DNA of 63,314 nt, filler included, from Octopus bimaculoides (GCF_001194135.2; 5 parts of 5 records of this genome joined end to end with filler, not necessarily neighbours in it); one strand, 5' to 3'; shown: positions 26,376 to 39,655, counted from the whole stretch's first letter. A program made the numbers and translations. Notes: a model not told the origin generated them from the sequence alone.

Positions 26376-28098
26376 TCGCCATGCTAGACCATTGAAATGT
26401 ACAAGTGTTTTTCGTTTTTTTTTTATTCTGTCTATTTATTTTCTCTTGCTCCTTTGTGTTTAAGAGTGAAGGCTCGAAATGTTAAAGACTTTTCCATTCT
26501 TCCCGAGTGTCAAAATGATACTCTTGCTCGTTGTTCATGCACCAATTTACGTCTTTTGGCTTTTTTCTATAAATGTCAACTATATATGTGAGTGTGTACG
26601 TGTGTGTGTGTGTGTATACATACATATACATACATACGAAATAGACACTAAAATAGACATGCATGTGAAATTGAGTATATATGGGCATATATATCTATAT
26701 CTGCCCGGCTCCGTTAAAGAATTTATTTCTCCTCAAACCGGCCCTTGGTGAAAAACTTCTGAAGAGAACACTAGCTGCTACCAAGAACAGCAAATACATG
26801 AAAGACACCGGTCGAGGTAATGCACATTTAACGCAATGCGAACAATTGTAACTATGTGTGTGTATATATATATATATNNNNNNNNNNNNNNNNNNNNNNN
26901 NNNATGTATATATATTTATACGTGCATATATATATATATAAAATATGAATGGCGCATCACGAACTTCTCATTATTGTAAACAATATTTTAAACAATAGAC
27001 CTATTCAAACATCATTGGAATTACACAATAAACTCTATTGCAGAACAATGCAATCTATATTAATATATTTTCACTGAAAAATCTATTAAACTACTCCAGC
27101 CATTCGGTGTAAAGTTGTAAGCGATTATATCAGTAGTGGGGAAGTGGATCTTTAAACAAGCGTCCGCCATGAATAAGAAATTGGGTTAGCGAGAATCTCG
27201 CAGGAAGACACGACACGAAACGAGTTACCGTTTTGCTATAAAAGCATGTATGAAATTACATAACGTTAAAATAAACGTACTCGCATCTTCCTTCTTTCTT
27301 TCTCTGTCTCTCTCTTGCTCTTATTGTTATATATATACATAAGTACACATGTATATATTTATATATATACATATATACATATATATACACATATATGGGT
27401 GTAATATATATATATATATATATATTATATGCATAAGTCTGTACAAGTACGTACCTATACATATAAATATACATATGCATGAATGTATTGCTATATATAT
27501 ATAATACACATGCACAAATATATACATATCAAAATAAGCAACAAGGATATATATACAAAAATACATAGACACACAAACAAACATTTACGATGTACGCAGC
27601 TTTATTTCTTTGTTGCTATAACTACGTGCTTAAAACATTAAGCTATAGTTACATTATCTGATTGAGTCACAGAAATAAATTAAATACCTTTGAAAGATGA
27701 AAAGATAGCCGAACAAACTACAGGATGTTAGATATTATTCACGAATAAGAATCCACAATTTATTTATTGTCAAAAATCTTAACTGGATAAACTCATTTTC
27801 TGAATAAACTAAGCTTAGTAATGTCCGTGATTATGCGATTATATCATAATAATTATTAAAAACAAAATGTTCTATGAGCTTGTAATTCTTTTCAGCTGAG
27901 AAAATCTCAGAAGATTTTGCTATTAAAGCTTTTCAAAAACTGCATGAATATTGCAAAAGAATCAATGATTACACTTGAAACCTTCACACAAAGGCAAGTC
28001 GGTGTTTTGTTCTGCGATGAAAATACTTAACTCATGAAATCTATTTACCAATCTTATTGTTTTCTGTGGGTTTCTCACAGTGTGAGGTACTTAGAGGA

Positions 28099-28482
28099 TT
28101 GTTGTTGTTGGCACTCCGTCGCTTACGACGTCGAGGGTTCCAGTTGATCCGATCAACGGCCTGCTCGTGAAATTAACGCGCAAGTGGTTGAGAACTCCAC
28201 AGACATGTGTACCCTTAACGTAGTTCTCGGGGATATTCAGCGTGACACAGTGTGACAAGGCTGGCCCTTTGAAATACAGTTTCGAAAGAAACAGGAAGTA
28301 AGAATGAGAGAAAGTTGTGGTGAAAGAGTACAGCAGGGTTGGCCACCATCCCCTGCTGGAGCCTCGTGGGACTTTAGTTGTTTTCGCTCAAAAAACACTC
28401 ACAATACCCGGTCTGGGAATGGAAACCGAGATCCTACGACCTCGTGTCCACTGCTCTAACCACTGGGCCATAGTGCCTCCAC
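28099..28482 (-). mobile_element. tRNA-derived SINE, family D (Deu/Nin-like 3' region)
   Basis: Reverse complement of 53285-53668; tRNA-like head and ...AATTTCACGAGCAGG... tail ending in (AAC)n. Confidence 0.9.
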
Positions 28483-29129
28483 GCTAGTTGAATTAGAAAG
28501 AAAATAAATGGTTGGGAATCACTGAAGTGACACGACGTGTCTCGGGTATTCACGACTGGCCAGAAGATACCCGATTCTGATTCCACCACAGTGAACATTT
28601 TATTTCACGGACTCAGTTTAAAAATCTATCGTGTATCAACACTTACATTAGCCACGTTACCGATTCGGTTAGAAAGCGCTTTCTAATTTATCATTGATAA
28701 AATTTAATATATCTCTTATCACAGTTGTCAGTGTTTTCATTTGCTTTTAAAGCTAGTAAGTTGTAATTTGAGAGAAACAGACCTGTTATTACTAGCAGGT
28801 GAAGTGACAGACGCAGGAGGCTGCCTATAGAAAATAGTGATGATGATGCACTAAATTTTAGCATTGTCGTTTAACCGCAGGTCAACACGTATCGAGTAAT
28901 CGTAAGATCAAAGATATTCCATCCATGAGCATCCTGTCTTTTTTCTTCGTTTGTCTTCAGACACTGTTTACTTAAGACTATATTATCTAATACGCGTTTC
29001 CTTTATATTTTTAAAGACACCGTTTGTGATGTAACTTGGAGTGTTGTGACTTTCTCTAACAAGTCCAGCGATCAAAGTAAAGGCTTCAAACTGCGTCTCA
29101 TAGTCAGATTTCATGAGTATCGAAACTTA

Positions 29130-29390
29130 GTATCGACCAAGTATTTCATCTCTCGGGGTTCGATAAAAGACTCTTCGAACTGGTTATATTGATTCCCAAA
29201 GGAGGAAAGAAAGGCAAAGTCGTAATAAACAGAAGAACCATCTGCCGCATCAACAGAAATTGATAATTCTTTTGTTCTTTGGCGTTGTTCATATACTGAA
29301 AGACAACTTCCTGCTCGGCTGGTTTCTCAATTCGATTTACGCCATTCTTCTTGCACCGCTTCAAATTATACTTGTGTTATTTATCCTACA
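29130..29390 (-). mobile_element. SINE family B, heavily decayed
   Basis: GGAAAGAAAGGCAAAGTCG core remnant and head-like end. Confidence 0.5.
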
Positions 29391-29394
29391 TTAC

Positions 29395-29730
29395 ACGCGG
29401 AATGTGGCGGAATGGTTAAGAAGTTCGTTTCACAAACTCGAATCTTCACGTTCGATCTCAGTGCCTGGCATCATATATAAAATCATTCGTTATAGCATCC
29501 AGTTCACCATAACATGTGAGTTAAATTGATCAGAAGCCCGTGTGTAGTATTGAATCTGTACTTCCAAAAATCTAGCTTTGTCACACGCACTGTAACATGT
29601 TAATTCTTATTGATAATTACGTTAACGATACACCTGCGGAATACGCAACCATTTGCAAGTTAACTCAAGGGCACACAATTTAGTTGATCGAACAACTGAA
29701 ACCTCATCGCCGAACGACTGAAGTCCAAAA
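29395..29730 (+). mobile_element. Decayed mosaic SINE (family A-like head, family D-like tail)
   Basis: TGGCGGAATGGTTAAG A-box, GTTCGATCTC B-box, GAAGCCCGTG, then TTGTCACAC...TACGTTAA.GATACAC...GTTGATCGAACAACTGAAACCTC. Confidence 0.55.
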
Positions 29731-29789
29731 CTTTTCCTGTGAAGACCTATACGGCTAACCGACGAAGGCGGGCTAATGTACCTTGCCCT

Positions 29790-29978
29790 CAGCAAGCACG
29801 ACGCAGTGAGTCACTCGCTACCGCGTTGCCTCCCTCGCGAGTGGGCGGCACACGGCGGTCGCAGGACCACCCAAAAAAAGCCGCCCCTGCCGCCGGTCAG
29901 CGAGGACCATCGGTAACCTACCCGACCAGTCTTGAAACACGGACCGACGAGTCCCAGTCGACTGCGAGTCGTTGGATC
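29790..29978 (+). rRNA. 28S: Isolated 28S rRNA fragment (end of D2 into conserved core/D3); pseudogene
   Basis: CCCGACCAGTCTTGAAACACGGACCGACGAGTCC (29921-29954) closely matches the universal LSU motif CCCGACCCGTCTTGAAACACGGACCAAGGAGTCT. It is preceded by GC-rich, expansion-segment-like sequence. No other rDNA is nearby. Confidence 0.8.
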
Positions 29979-30993
29979 CCAACATAATCTCTAATGGAAC
30001 ATAACAGCAATTAAAAAAACCCTTTCCATCTATGTTCATCACAAAACGTACATTTAAAACATTCCCTTACATATCGTATCCCTTGTGACGCACAGCGACC
30101 CGTATATTCTAATATTTTATCGTGTAATTTAATAACGATTTGGCCCTTTTTTCTTTGAGCACATTACAAACTTTCAGGCATCGTTTTTAACGGGAGTACA
30201 ACATATTTTCTAACGTAAGAATCCAGGAGAGCTGTCCGTACTTCGATTTCAACAACCGTTCAGAAAATTGAAAAGAAAAAAACCCCGATTCAGCTACTGA
30301 TTTTCATTTTTCAAGACGGAAGCACGTCTACCGATTATGAACAAGTGTACACTAGAAAAATCTCGGAGTAAGTCTCGTGTAAGAAAGCGAGACAAATAAA
30401 TAGAGAAAACAAATGAATTTATTTCATTTGTTTTAGAGGTTGCACTTTCGAAGAGTCGCTAGACCCGAACTAAATGCATCAAACCATTTAATGGTTTCAA
30501 GGTGTCTACTTTCCGTATTTTTGTTTGTATAGAATGAAACTTTATATACATAAACAGACACGTACAAACTTATGCGTGCGTATACGTTGGTATGTATGTG
30601 TGTGTATATATATATATACACACACACACACATAACTATCAGTACGAGTAAGNNNNNNNNNNNNNNNNNNNNNNNNNNNNNNNNNNNNNNNNNNNNNNNN
30701 NNNNNNNNNNNNNNNNNNNNNNNNNNNNNNNNNNNNNNNNNNNNNNNNNNNNNNNNNNNNNNNNNNNNNNNNNNNNNNNNNNNNNNNNNNNNNNNNNNNN
30801 NNNNNNNNNNNNNNNNNNNNNNNNNNNNNNNNNNNNNNNNNNNNNNNNNNNNNNNNNNNNNNNNNNNNNNNNNNNNNNNNNNNNNNNNNNNNNNNNNNNN
30901 NNNNNNNNNNNNNNNNNNNNNNNNNNNNNNNNNNNNNNNNNNNNNNNNNNNNNNNNNNNNNNNNNNNNNNNNNNNNNNNNNNNNNNNNNNNNN

Positions 30994-31027
<34 letters not shown>

Positions 31028-31483
31028 TACATACAAGTATATACATATCTGAATGTTATATATATGTGTGTAAGTGTGAGTGTGTGTGTGTACCGATGTA
31101 TGAATAGGTTATAAATATATATGTGTATGCATATATATACACACACACATGCACACACAGACACACACACACACACACACATACACACACATATATATAT
31201 ATATATATATATTTGCTCACACACACATATGTATTTATACACATACACGCGCGGATTGAAACATACACACGGAAGCTCATATACACATTGACGAAACACA
31301 GATGGACAATGGACTTAGAAAAGTTCTCAACAACACATTGGCTATGTGCCAATGAAAGAATTTTATGATATTGCCAGTGTTGTTTAAATTGTGTACATGA
31401 ATGAAAACACTGATCTCAGTTATCATATATATATATATCTATATATATATATATATACAAGCACACACCCACACATACACACA

Positions 31484-31548
<65 letters not shown>

Positions 31549-31869
31549 ATCTATGTATATATACATACGTGTGTATGTATAAGTATATGTATATCATTTT
31601 TTTGTTCGGTTATCTTTTCTTCATTTAATTAACAACAATCGAAATTACGTGAAAATTTAATCAGATTATCTCTTCAAAAATTTCTGCTTAGCCAAACAAA
31701 CAATGTGTTGTTGATAAAGTTGATTAAAAACAAAGGTTCCTCATCTGTGCTTTTGTAATAATTTTCCATTGTGTATACTTAACTAATCAATAAAGCTTAC
31801 AGTAATTAACAAATAAATATAACAAAAAAAAAACTATCCTTTGTTGTTATTTTTAAAATTATTATCATA

Positions 31870-32010
<141 letters not shown>

Positions 32011-32235
32011 GTCAGGCTCTTTACCACCCTCTACCAAGCGGATAAAGCAGTCGAGGGAAATTGCACTACAGCAATTAATATATATAAAGGGCTAATGGTG
32101 AAGAACAGCGATGAAGTCCTCCGGGAAGCATTTGGCGTCGACGGCAACAAAGTGTTCGGTCTCTTCCGAATGAATTTCTGGCCGGAGTCTATGATAGATT
32201 TATTCTATATGTCCTCGGCCTGCCATTTTCAACAG

Positions 32236-32289
32236 ATCAGCTTTCCCAGTTCGATTCAATACGCCGCAAGCAAAAATGTGTCGCCGAGG
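32236..32289 (+). other. Candidate 54-nt exon in a CpG-rich unique island
   Basis: CATTTTCAACAG| acceptor and AGG|GTGAGT donor; length is a multiple of 3; all three frames are open. Protein not recognised. Confidence 0.35.
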
Positions 32290-32842
32290 GTGAGTCCCAG
32301 ATGCGTGCATAACAATGAAATCTCTCTATGCGGACAGATTCAGTGTCACGTCATCGCCGGCGTGTGCTGAGGTCGCGAGCAGCTGTTGCTGCGTGCTGGA
32401 TGAACCTGACTATCAGCTGAATCCATTGTAAAGTTCGCTTCATCATTCTGCTTTCAAATGGAGATTGGAGTGTGTATTGATATTTTGTCTCTTGGTTATA
32501 GTAAAAGAATTTGCATGGTGGATGAGACTGCCAATTCATCGTCCTATTTTAATTCAAAGCTATAACTTGATGTTCGGTTGTAATAGCAAGTTCCACTGGA
32601 ATCTACTTTATTCTGCAACCTTTCTAGATACCATATTGTTCGTCGTATTAGCATATTCACTGATATGATTAGCCCTCTCAAAGATAACTAGAAACATCGG
32701 TTTTCAATTTTCATACTTAATCATCGCAATCTATTTTCAAATATCGATTATCTGCGTCGAAAAGGTGATTCCATGGCGAACTTGTTTGAAAACCGGATGA
32801 GGATCATTTCTGGATATCTTCCAGATTTCAAAACTCTCAGTT

Positions 32843-33038
32843 CAACGTTAGCACGCTGGACAAAGTGCTTAGCAGTAACTCGCCCGTCGCTACGTTCCGA
32901 TTTCAAAGTCCACCCAGGTCGACCTTGCCTGTCATACTTTCGGGGTCGATAAATTAAGTACCAGTCAAGTACTTAGGTCGATGCGATCGGCTCACCCCTT
33001 CCCCTCAAATTCCAGATCTTGTGCCTATAGTGGAAAGG
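32843..33038 (+). mobile_element. SINE family B
   Basis: GTCGACCTTGCCTGTCATACTTTCGGGGTCGATAAATTAAGTACCAG core. Confidence 0.85.
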
Positions 33039-33057
33039 TTTATTATTATTATTTGCT

Positions 33058-33078
33058 TTCGTCGTCGTCGTCGTCGTC

Positions 33079-33115
<37 letters not shown>

Positions 33116-33528
33116 GGAGATGATGAGGAAGGGATGAGGAGGAGGAAGAGGAAAGGAGGAGGAAGAGGAAAGGAGGAGGAAGAGGAAAGGAGGAGGAAGA
33201 GGGCAGGAGGAGGAAGAGGACAGGAGGAGGAAGAGGAAAGGAGGAGGAAGAGGAAAGGAGGAGGAAGAGGAAAGGAGGAGGAAGAGGAANNNNNNNNNNN
33301 NNNNNNNNGAGGAGGAGGAAGAGGAAAGGAGGAGGAAGAGGAAAGGAGGAGGAAGAGGAAAGGAGGAGGAAGAGGAAGAGGGAGAGGGGGGAGGAAGAGT
33401 GGGGAGGAGGAGGAGGAAAGGAGGAGGAGGAAAGCAGGAGAAGAAGGAGTAGAGGAGGCGGAGAAAAAGAAGAAAAAAAATATGATGGGGCGGATGCGGA
33501 GAAGAAAAAAGGAGGAGGAGGAAGTGGA

Positions 33529-33564
<36 letters not shown>

Positions 33565-33620
33565 GAAGAAGCAAAAGAAGAAGAAGAAGAAGAAGAAGAA
33601 GAAGAAGAAGAAGAAGAAGG
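33058..33620. repeat. Compound low-complexity tract: (CGT)(AGT)n, 17-bp GGAGGAGGAAGAGGAAA minisatellite, (GAT)n, (GAA)n
   Basis: Directly visible. Confidence 0.95.
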
Positions 33621-34504
33621 GACCTCAATAATAGGGCTGGTACTTTATTTATCGATTCTAAAATTGCAGAATTGACCACGAAGGGATTTTTAACTCACAG
33701 ACTAAAACATCAGAACAAATAACACAAGTTATTTCGTCCCACGCTGTAACGCTTCTATCAACCTACTTCTTATATTTTATGTCGTAATTTGAATAAAATC
33801 TGGCTAATATTTCTTACTCGTTGGGCAACCATTTCTACTGCCGTTGAGTTAATCAACAACGATGTATCTGTATGTCTGTATGTCTGTCTTATCTACCAAT
33901 ATGAATTCTAGTATCAATACACGAAGCCATTTATTATTAGTACTACAGAATCGCAAGAGACTTCAGCTCTATTTTCGGATATGCCACGTGACTGACAGCA
34001 GAATCTATTAATTCCTTTCACCGCAAATAGCCTTTAGCAATGTGAAAAATATTTATTTTGTTAATATCCTTTCACACTGTCAATACTTCTTTTCTGTATT
34101 TTTTTTTCTTTTCCTTCATCCTTTCCTGTCTTTCTCTCTTTCACTTCTTTCTCCTTATTGTTTCTGTTTTTCATTCCTTCGTTTCTTTCTGAAGAAACCT
34201 GAACAAGCTCAGGAACGAACGGTGTCAATTGTCTCAACTGAAACATTGTTTACACAACCTAAAAAACAATTTCTATCTAAAATTTATGTCGTGCCAAGGA
34301 AAATACCACTGTGCTGTCACGAGTCAGAACAGAAATAACAGCCAAATCCTCGTCGACCCTCAACATTTTGCATTTCATAATGTAGTCTCCAATATTATCT
34401 AAAATAACCGAATGTTAACAGTGCATGCTTAAATGTAAGGAAAAACGATACATTGACTCCTATAAATTAACGGGAAAGTCATGGATGGATTTCTTTTGAT
34501 ATCA

Positions 34505-34700
34505 AATATTGGCTTGGAATTGTGGCACAAGACCATAAATTTCTAGGGGAAAGGATAAATCAATCACATCGGCCCTAGTGCTTAACAGGTGCTTGTTATA
34601 TCGACCCCGAAATGATGAAAGGCAAAGTAGAGCTCGGCGGCGTTTGAGCTGAGAACGAAAAGACGGACAAAATGCGGCTATTATCGATTCTACCAGCTCC
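34505..34700 (-). mobile_element. SINE family B
   Basis: TATCGACCCCGAAATGATGAAAGGCAAAGTAG core in reverse orientation. Confidence 0.83.
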
Positions 34701-35750
34701 CCCCCCCCCCNNNNNNNNNNNNNNNNNNNNNNNACTTGTTTTTTTCTTTGGATATTAAACATTAAGTTTTACCTTGCGCTGAACATCGTCACCACCAATG
34801 ACGAAAGCGGATTTTGATAAAGTAATTTTAAGAGAACACCACAAATGGCAGATCAAAAGGGGTTGGGATATATTGGATCATACGTGGGTTAGATCGGTGG
34901 AGACATGGGGTTAGACAATTACAAACATAGATTTAATAATGTCGTCTTCAGTTCATGGAACTAGCAGAATTGCTGGCGCGTCGGACAAAATGCTTACTGG
35001 TAGTACTTTTTGTGACATAAGGCACTGAGTTCAAATAGCACTTACGTCAACTACGAGCATTTAAATGATGATAGACAATTAAACAAACGTGAGAGTCACG
35101 GTTGAGATAAACATCCATCATAGAAAAGCTCGATATTACATTGTTGTGTCATTTTATATTCAGATTTCTAATCACGCCGGCGTCTATTTAATATTTCCCC
35201 CCTTCTAGGGTCGATAAAATATCTGAGCAGCAGCGAAGAATGCAGTCGAATAAATTCGATTATAGCGTCTTCCCTACCCTTAAAATGAAAGACTGTGTAC
35301 CTAAGTTTCAAATCAATACATATATAGCTACATGTGTTCATTTTAAATGCCTGACAATCGTTATTGATTATAAATCGGCTTTTAGTCTAGAAAGCAAATA
35401 ACTCGTTTGTTTGTTCATGTCTTTCTTTTTTTTTTCTTTTTTTTTTACATTTTTGGGTTTTTATTTTTGTTTTTATTATTATTATTTTCATCAAGAAAAT
35501 AATCTATCTTCAGAACGAAAAAAGACAACGGTTTCCACTTAATATAAGGTGAGGGGATTACACAGATTCAGAAAGAGGGCAAATGCACACATTTCGTTTT
35601 CATTTTCATATAGACAGAAATGTTTAAATCTGAAAGTGAATTTTAGTCAGCGTCGAGAGCATGGGGGTGAGGAAGGTTTTTATCTTTCAAACGGTTCACA
35701 TTGGAAGTAAAATATAGGAAGATGTTTATAATGTTTGCTTTAAAATTTCG

Positions 35751-36150
35751 TAGGAGTGGCTGTGTGGTAAGTAACTTGCTAACGAACCACATGGTTCCAG
35801 GTTCAGTCCCACTGCGTGGCACCTTGGGCAAGTGTCATCTACTATAGCCTCGGGCCGACCAAAGCCTTGTGAGTGGATTTGGTAGACGGAAACTGAAAGA
35901 AGCCCGTCGTATATATGTATGTATGTGTGTGTGTGTATATGTTTGTGAGTCTGTGTTTGTTCCCCGCCCAATATCGCTAGACAAGCGATGCTAGTGCGTT
36001 TACGTCCCCGTAACTTAGCGGTTTGGCAAAAGATCCCGATAGAAAAAGTACTAGTCTTTCAAAGAATAAGTCCCGGGGTCGATTTTCTCGACTAATAGCG
36101 GTGATCCAGCATGGCCGCAGTTAAATGACTGAAACAAATAAAAGAATAAA
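35751..36150 (+). mobile_element. SINE family A, full length
   Basis: Complete head, body, microsatellite and tail. Confidence 0.92.
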
Positions 36151-36692
36151 AGAAAGAATATATATACATATGTATGTAAGTATATATAAACAGCAGTTTG
36201 CAATGCTTCACCAGAAAGATTTACAAACGTCACTAAATGGCATGATCGGCACATTTCGGACGAGTATGTTCCCTGTTAGTGTACATGCTTCCATTCATGT
36301 CCGTTAACTACACCACCAGATCGGTTTAGCTCTTATTTCTTGCAATGTAAATGTTTCCTAACACCCTAGTAACATTGAGTGACATACGTAATTATATATC
36401 CTTGTGTGTGTACGTGTGTGTATGTTTGCGTATACCTATGTTCCCGATTACATATGGATGTGTAAGTATGTCTGATTAAGTGTGTACAGATGTTACGATG
36501 GTCTTCCGGCAGCCATTTGCTTAATTCATAACATCGTAGATATATCTCTTATTCTTGATTTTGCCTTCGATACAAATTTCCACTTTACACCCAATTACTT
36601 GTCTTCCTTTTCAGTTCTATACATCTATATGTATGTATCCATAATGGAGCTCTACAAATACGTATAAGACTAAATAGTGAGGCTAGTTCTTC

Positions 36693-36724
<32 letters not shown>

Positions 36725-37347
36725 GTAATCTTCAGCAAATTTACTTCCTAAAACAATTCTTCTCATATTGTGCTTCGCATCTATGCATGTGTGTATGCGT
36801 GCCTGTGGTCCTGTTTATGCGCCCGACAGCGTACATATATNNNNNNNNNNNNNNNNNNNNNNNNNNNNNNNNNNNNNNNNNNNNNNNNNNNNNNNNNNNN
36901 NNNNNNNNNNNNNNNNNNNNNNNNNNNNNNNNNNNNNNNNNNNNNNNNNNNNNNNNNNNNNNNNNNNNNNNNNNNNNNNNNNNNNNNNNNNNNNNNNNNN
37001 NNNNNNNNNNNNNNNNNNNNNNNNNNNNNNNNNNNNNNNNNNNNNNNNNNNNNNNNNNNNNNNNNNNNNNNNNNNNNNNNNNNNNNNNNNNNNNNNNNNN
37101 NNNNNNNNNNNNNNNNNNNNNNNNNNNNNNNNNNNNNNNNNNNNNNNNNNNNNNNNNNNNNNNNNNNNNNNNNNNNNNNNNNNNNNNNNNNNNNNNNNNN
37201 NNNNNNNNNNNNNNNNNNNNNNNNNNNNNNNNNNNNNNNNNNNNNNNNNNNNNNNNNNNNNNNNNNNNNNNNNNNNNNNNNNNNNNNNNNNNNNNNNNNN
37301 NNNNNNNNNNNNNNNNNNNNNNNNNNNNNNNNNNNNNNNNNNNNNNN

Positions 37348-37378
<31 letters not shown>

Positions 37379-37824
37379 GCACGCACGCACGCACGGTAAT
37401 ATCGGACAGTGAAAAGTACTTGCCTTTCAACAAAAATTCGCAAAATTACTATAATTAAATATTGCAATTTTCTCTTCGTCTTTCCTGTCGTCTGATTATT
37501 TAGTTGGTTGGTAAAAATTGTTATGATTTTATTTCAAACATAATGCAGTAATTAAATAAACTCTAAAGTTAATGTCGAGAATAATGACGGAAAGAAAAAA
37601 GAGAAAACAAGTAAAAAACACGATTCTAAATGTTAAAAAAGAATATATAAAATAATTTCATGCAGTACTTATTATTTAATTGCCCATCAATTTCATTTCA
37701 ACATGGCGTTGCAAATCAGTCAAGTTCATGGAGTTTACGCATTATTACCTCCGCATCAGCGAAGTCAGAGGTAATATTTTTCAGTCGCATTCGTTTGTCC
37801 CGCTGAATGAAATCCATTCTATTA

Positions 37825-38272
37825 TTCCTTTACTTGTTTCAGTCATTAACAGCGGCCATGCTGGAGCACCGCCTTTAGTCGAAAAAATGGACTCCAGGAC
37901 TTACTCTTTGTAAGCCGAGTACTTATTCTATCGGTCTTTTTTGACGAACCGCTAGTTGACAGAGACATAAACACACTAGCATCGGTTGTTAAGCGATAGG
38001 GGCGGGCAAACACCGACACACAAACTCATACATATATATATTGTTTTTAAGGGGTTGGCTTTGAGAGTTGCATTTCCTCGCATTCGGTAAAAATGTGTTT
38101 TTTTTATAGTAGTCTGACCTTAGAGTCCCTCATGGCGTGAGGCGTTATTATATAGTAATGCCCTTATATAAATATAAATATATATTTCGGGAATAAATGA
38201 TGAATTTTTCCCTTATGAGGTTTTTTTCACGCTAGCTACTTGATAAATTCTTGTAAAAGAATTCGTCCTATT

Positions 38273-38327
<55 letters not shown>

Positions 38328-38480
38328 GAGGGGCATCTCTCAGTTTCTGCCTACCAGATCCACTCTCAAGGTTTTTTTCTGCCCGAGGCTAAATTAGAAG
38401 ACACTTCCCTACGATGTCAGGCAGCGAGATTTGAACTCGGAACAATTTGGCTGGGAAACAAACTTCTTACCACACAGCCA
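37825..38480 (-). mobile_element. SINE family A, split by an insertion in its internal (TA)n
   Basis: 3' half at 37825-38040 and 5' half at 38327-38480, with foreign sequence at 38041-38280. Confidence 0.85.
38041..38175 (+). repeat. (TA)n-embedded interspersed repeat end (second copy at 42279-42350)
   Basis: GTCCCTC..GCGTGAGGC.TTA.TA.A.AGT.AATGCCC(T)TTATATAAAT is shared by both copies. Confidence 0.75.
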
Positions 38481-39559
38481 CAACTGGATTTTCTTCTTTT
38501 CATATTTTTTTGCAATTTCTTACAAATTGGAAGACCATCTAAATCTCAGTTTCGAAGGTTATAGGTAGAAACTGTTCTACAGGATAAAAAGAAAAACGGA
38601 AATATATAACAAGTTAACCGATTTTTTTCATGAAATAGAATTAGAAATTCCTCCCCTGAATATCACCTTGGATATAAATAACAGGCGATAGACATTTTCG
38701 TTTTCGCTTCTGTAACTTTAAGAATGGGGAAAGACGGGCAAGCTTATGGGAGTGATGGCAAACCAGTTTGAGATACTGTACCTGAAACAAAAGTGGATCA
38801 ATAAACCACATGAACCAAATGCGAATTGATTATGCAAATATATTTAAATTATTGTAAACGAAATGTGAAGCAAGCATGTACAAATTAGTATTGGATAGGA
38901 AACACCACATGTCTTTTGTAATTCTACAATAAGACAGAAAACAAACGTGTGTATAACATCCAAAATACAACCACATTTACGTCATAAGATGAATTATAAT
39001 CGGTTTTATCCAAATATAATTACAAATGGAATGAAATTTGAATAATGTAGACTGAGATTAAAATCTGTCTATATTCTGCGTGAGCGTGGTAGAATAGAGA
39101 AATAAGAATAACGCAAACAAATAACAGGAATTTAAGCAATATCTTGCTTTCATGCTGGAATGAATTGCGTTCTAGAAATCTTATTAATTTTCGGATTGTT
39201 TACGATTCCAAAAAAGGATTTCCTGCATCATTTATATCTAATTCATACATACCAAGCTTCATAACTTTTCCATCTTCGCTGTTCTTTGTTTTCCTATCAT
39301 TTTCTACTATTGCTTTCTGTGATTACTGTTAAGTTATCTGAAACGTAGAAACACTATGAGATATTCTCTCACCGCAAATTCAAATTATCATAATACGTAA
39401 AAAAAAACATCACATTCCGGGCACAGTTGGTCCGGGGCCTCGTATAATCCACGTTAATTTACGGAAGGACATGCAAATTTCTGCAATGGCTACACTAGTT
39501 TAATGTAACCATACCATTGTTACTAATTCATATACAGATGCACGGATTGCATTTAATTT

Positions 39560-39655
39560 GGGGTCGATAAATTAAGTACCAGTTGCGTACTGAGATCGAT
39601 TTAATCGACTGTCCCCTCCCCCAGAATTTCGGGCCTTGTGTCTACAGTAGAAAAG
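39560..39655 (+). mobile_element. SINE family B 3' fragment
   Basis: GGGGTCGATAAATTAAGTACCAG...GGCCTTGTG. Confidence 0.85.

Noticed and set aside
26700-26850. Open frame ending ...KYMKDTGRG with an AG|GTAATG donor-like site
   Set aside because: No credible acceptor or start and no recognisable protein.
33134-33631. 165-aa E/R/G/K-rich ORF resembling a low-complexity nuclear protein
   Set aside because: Entirely derived from the 17-bp purine minisatellite and (GAT)/(GAA) tracts.
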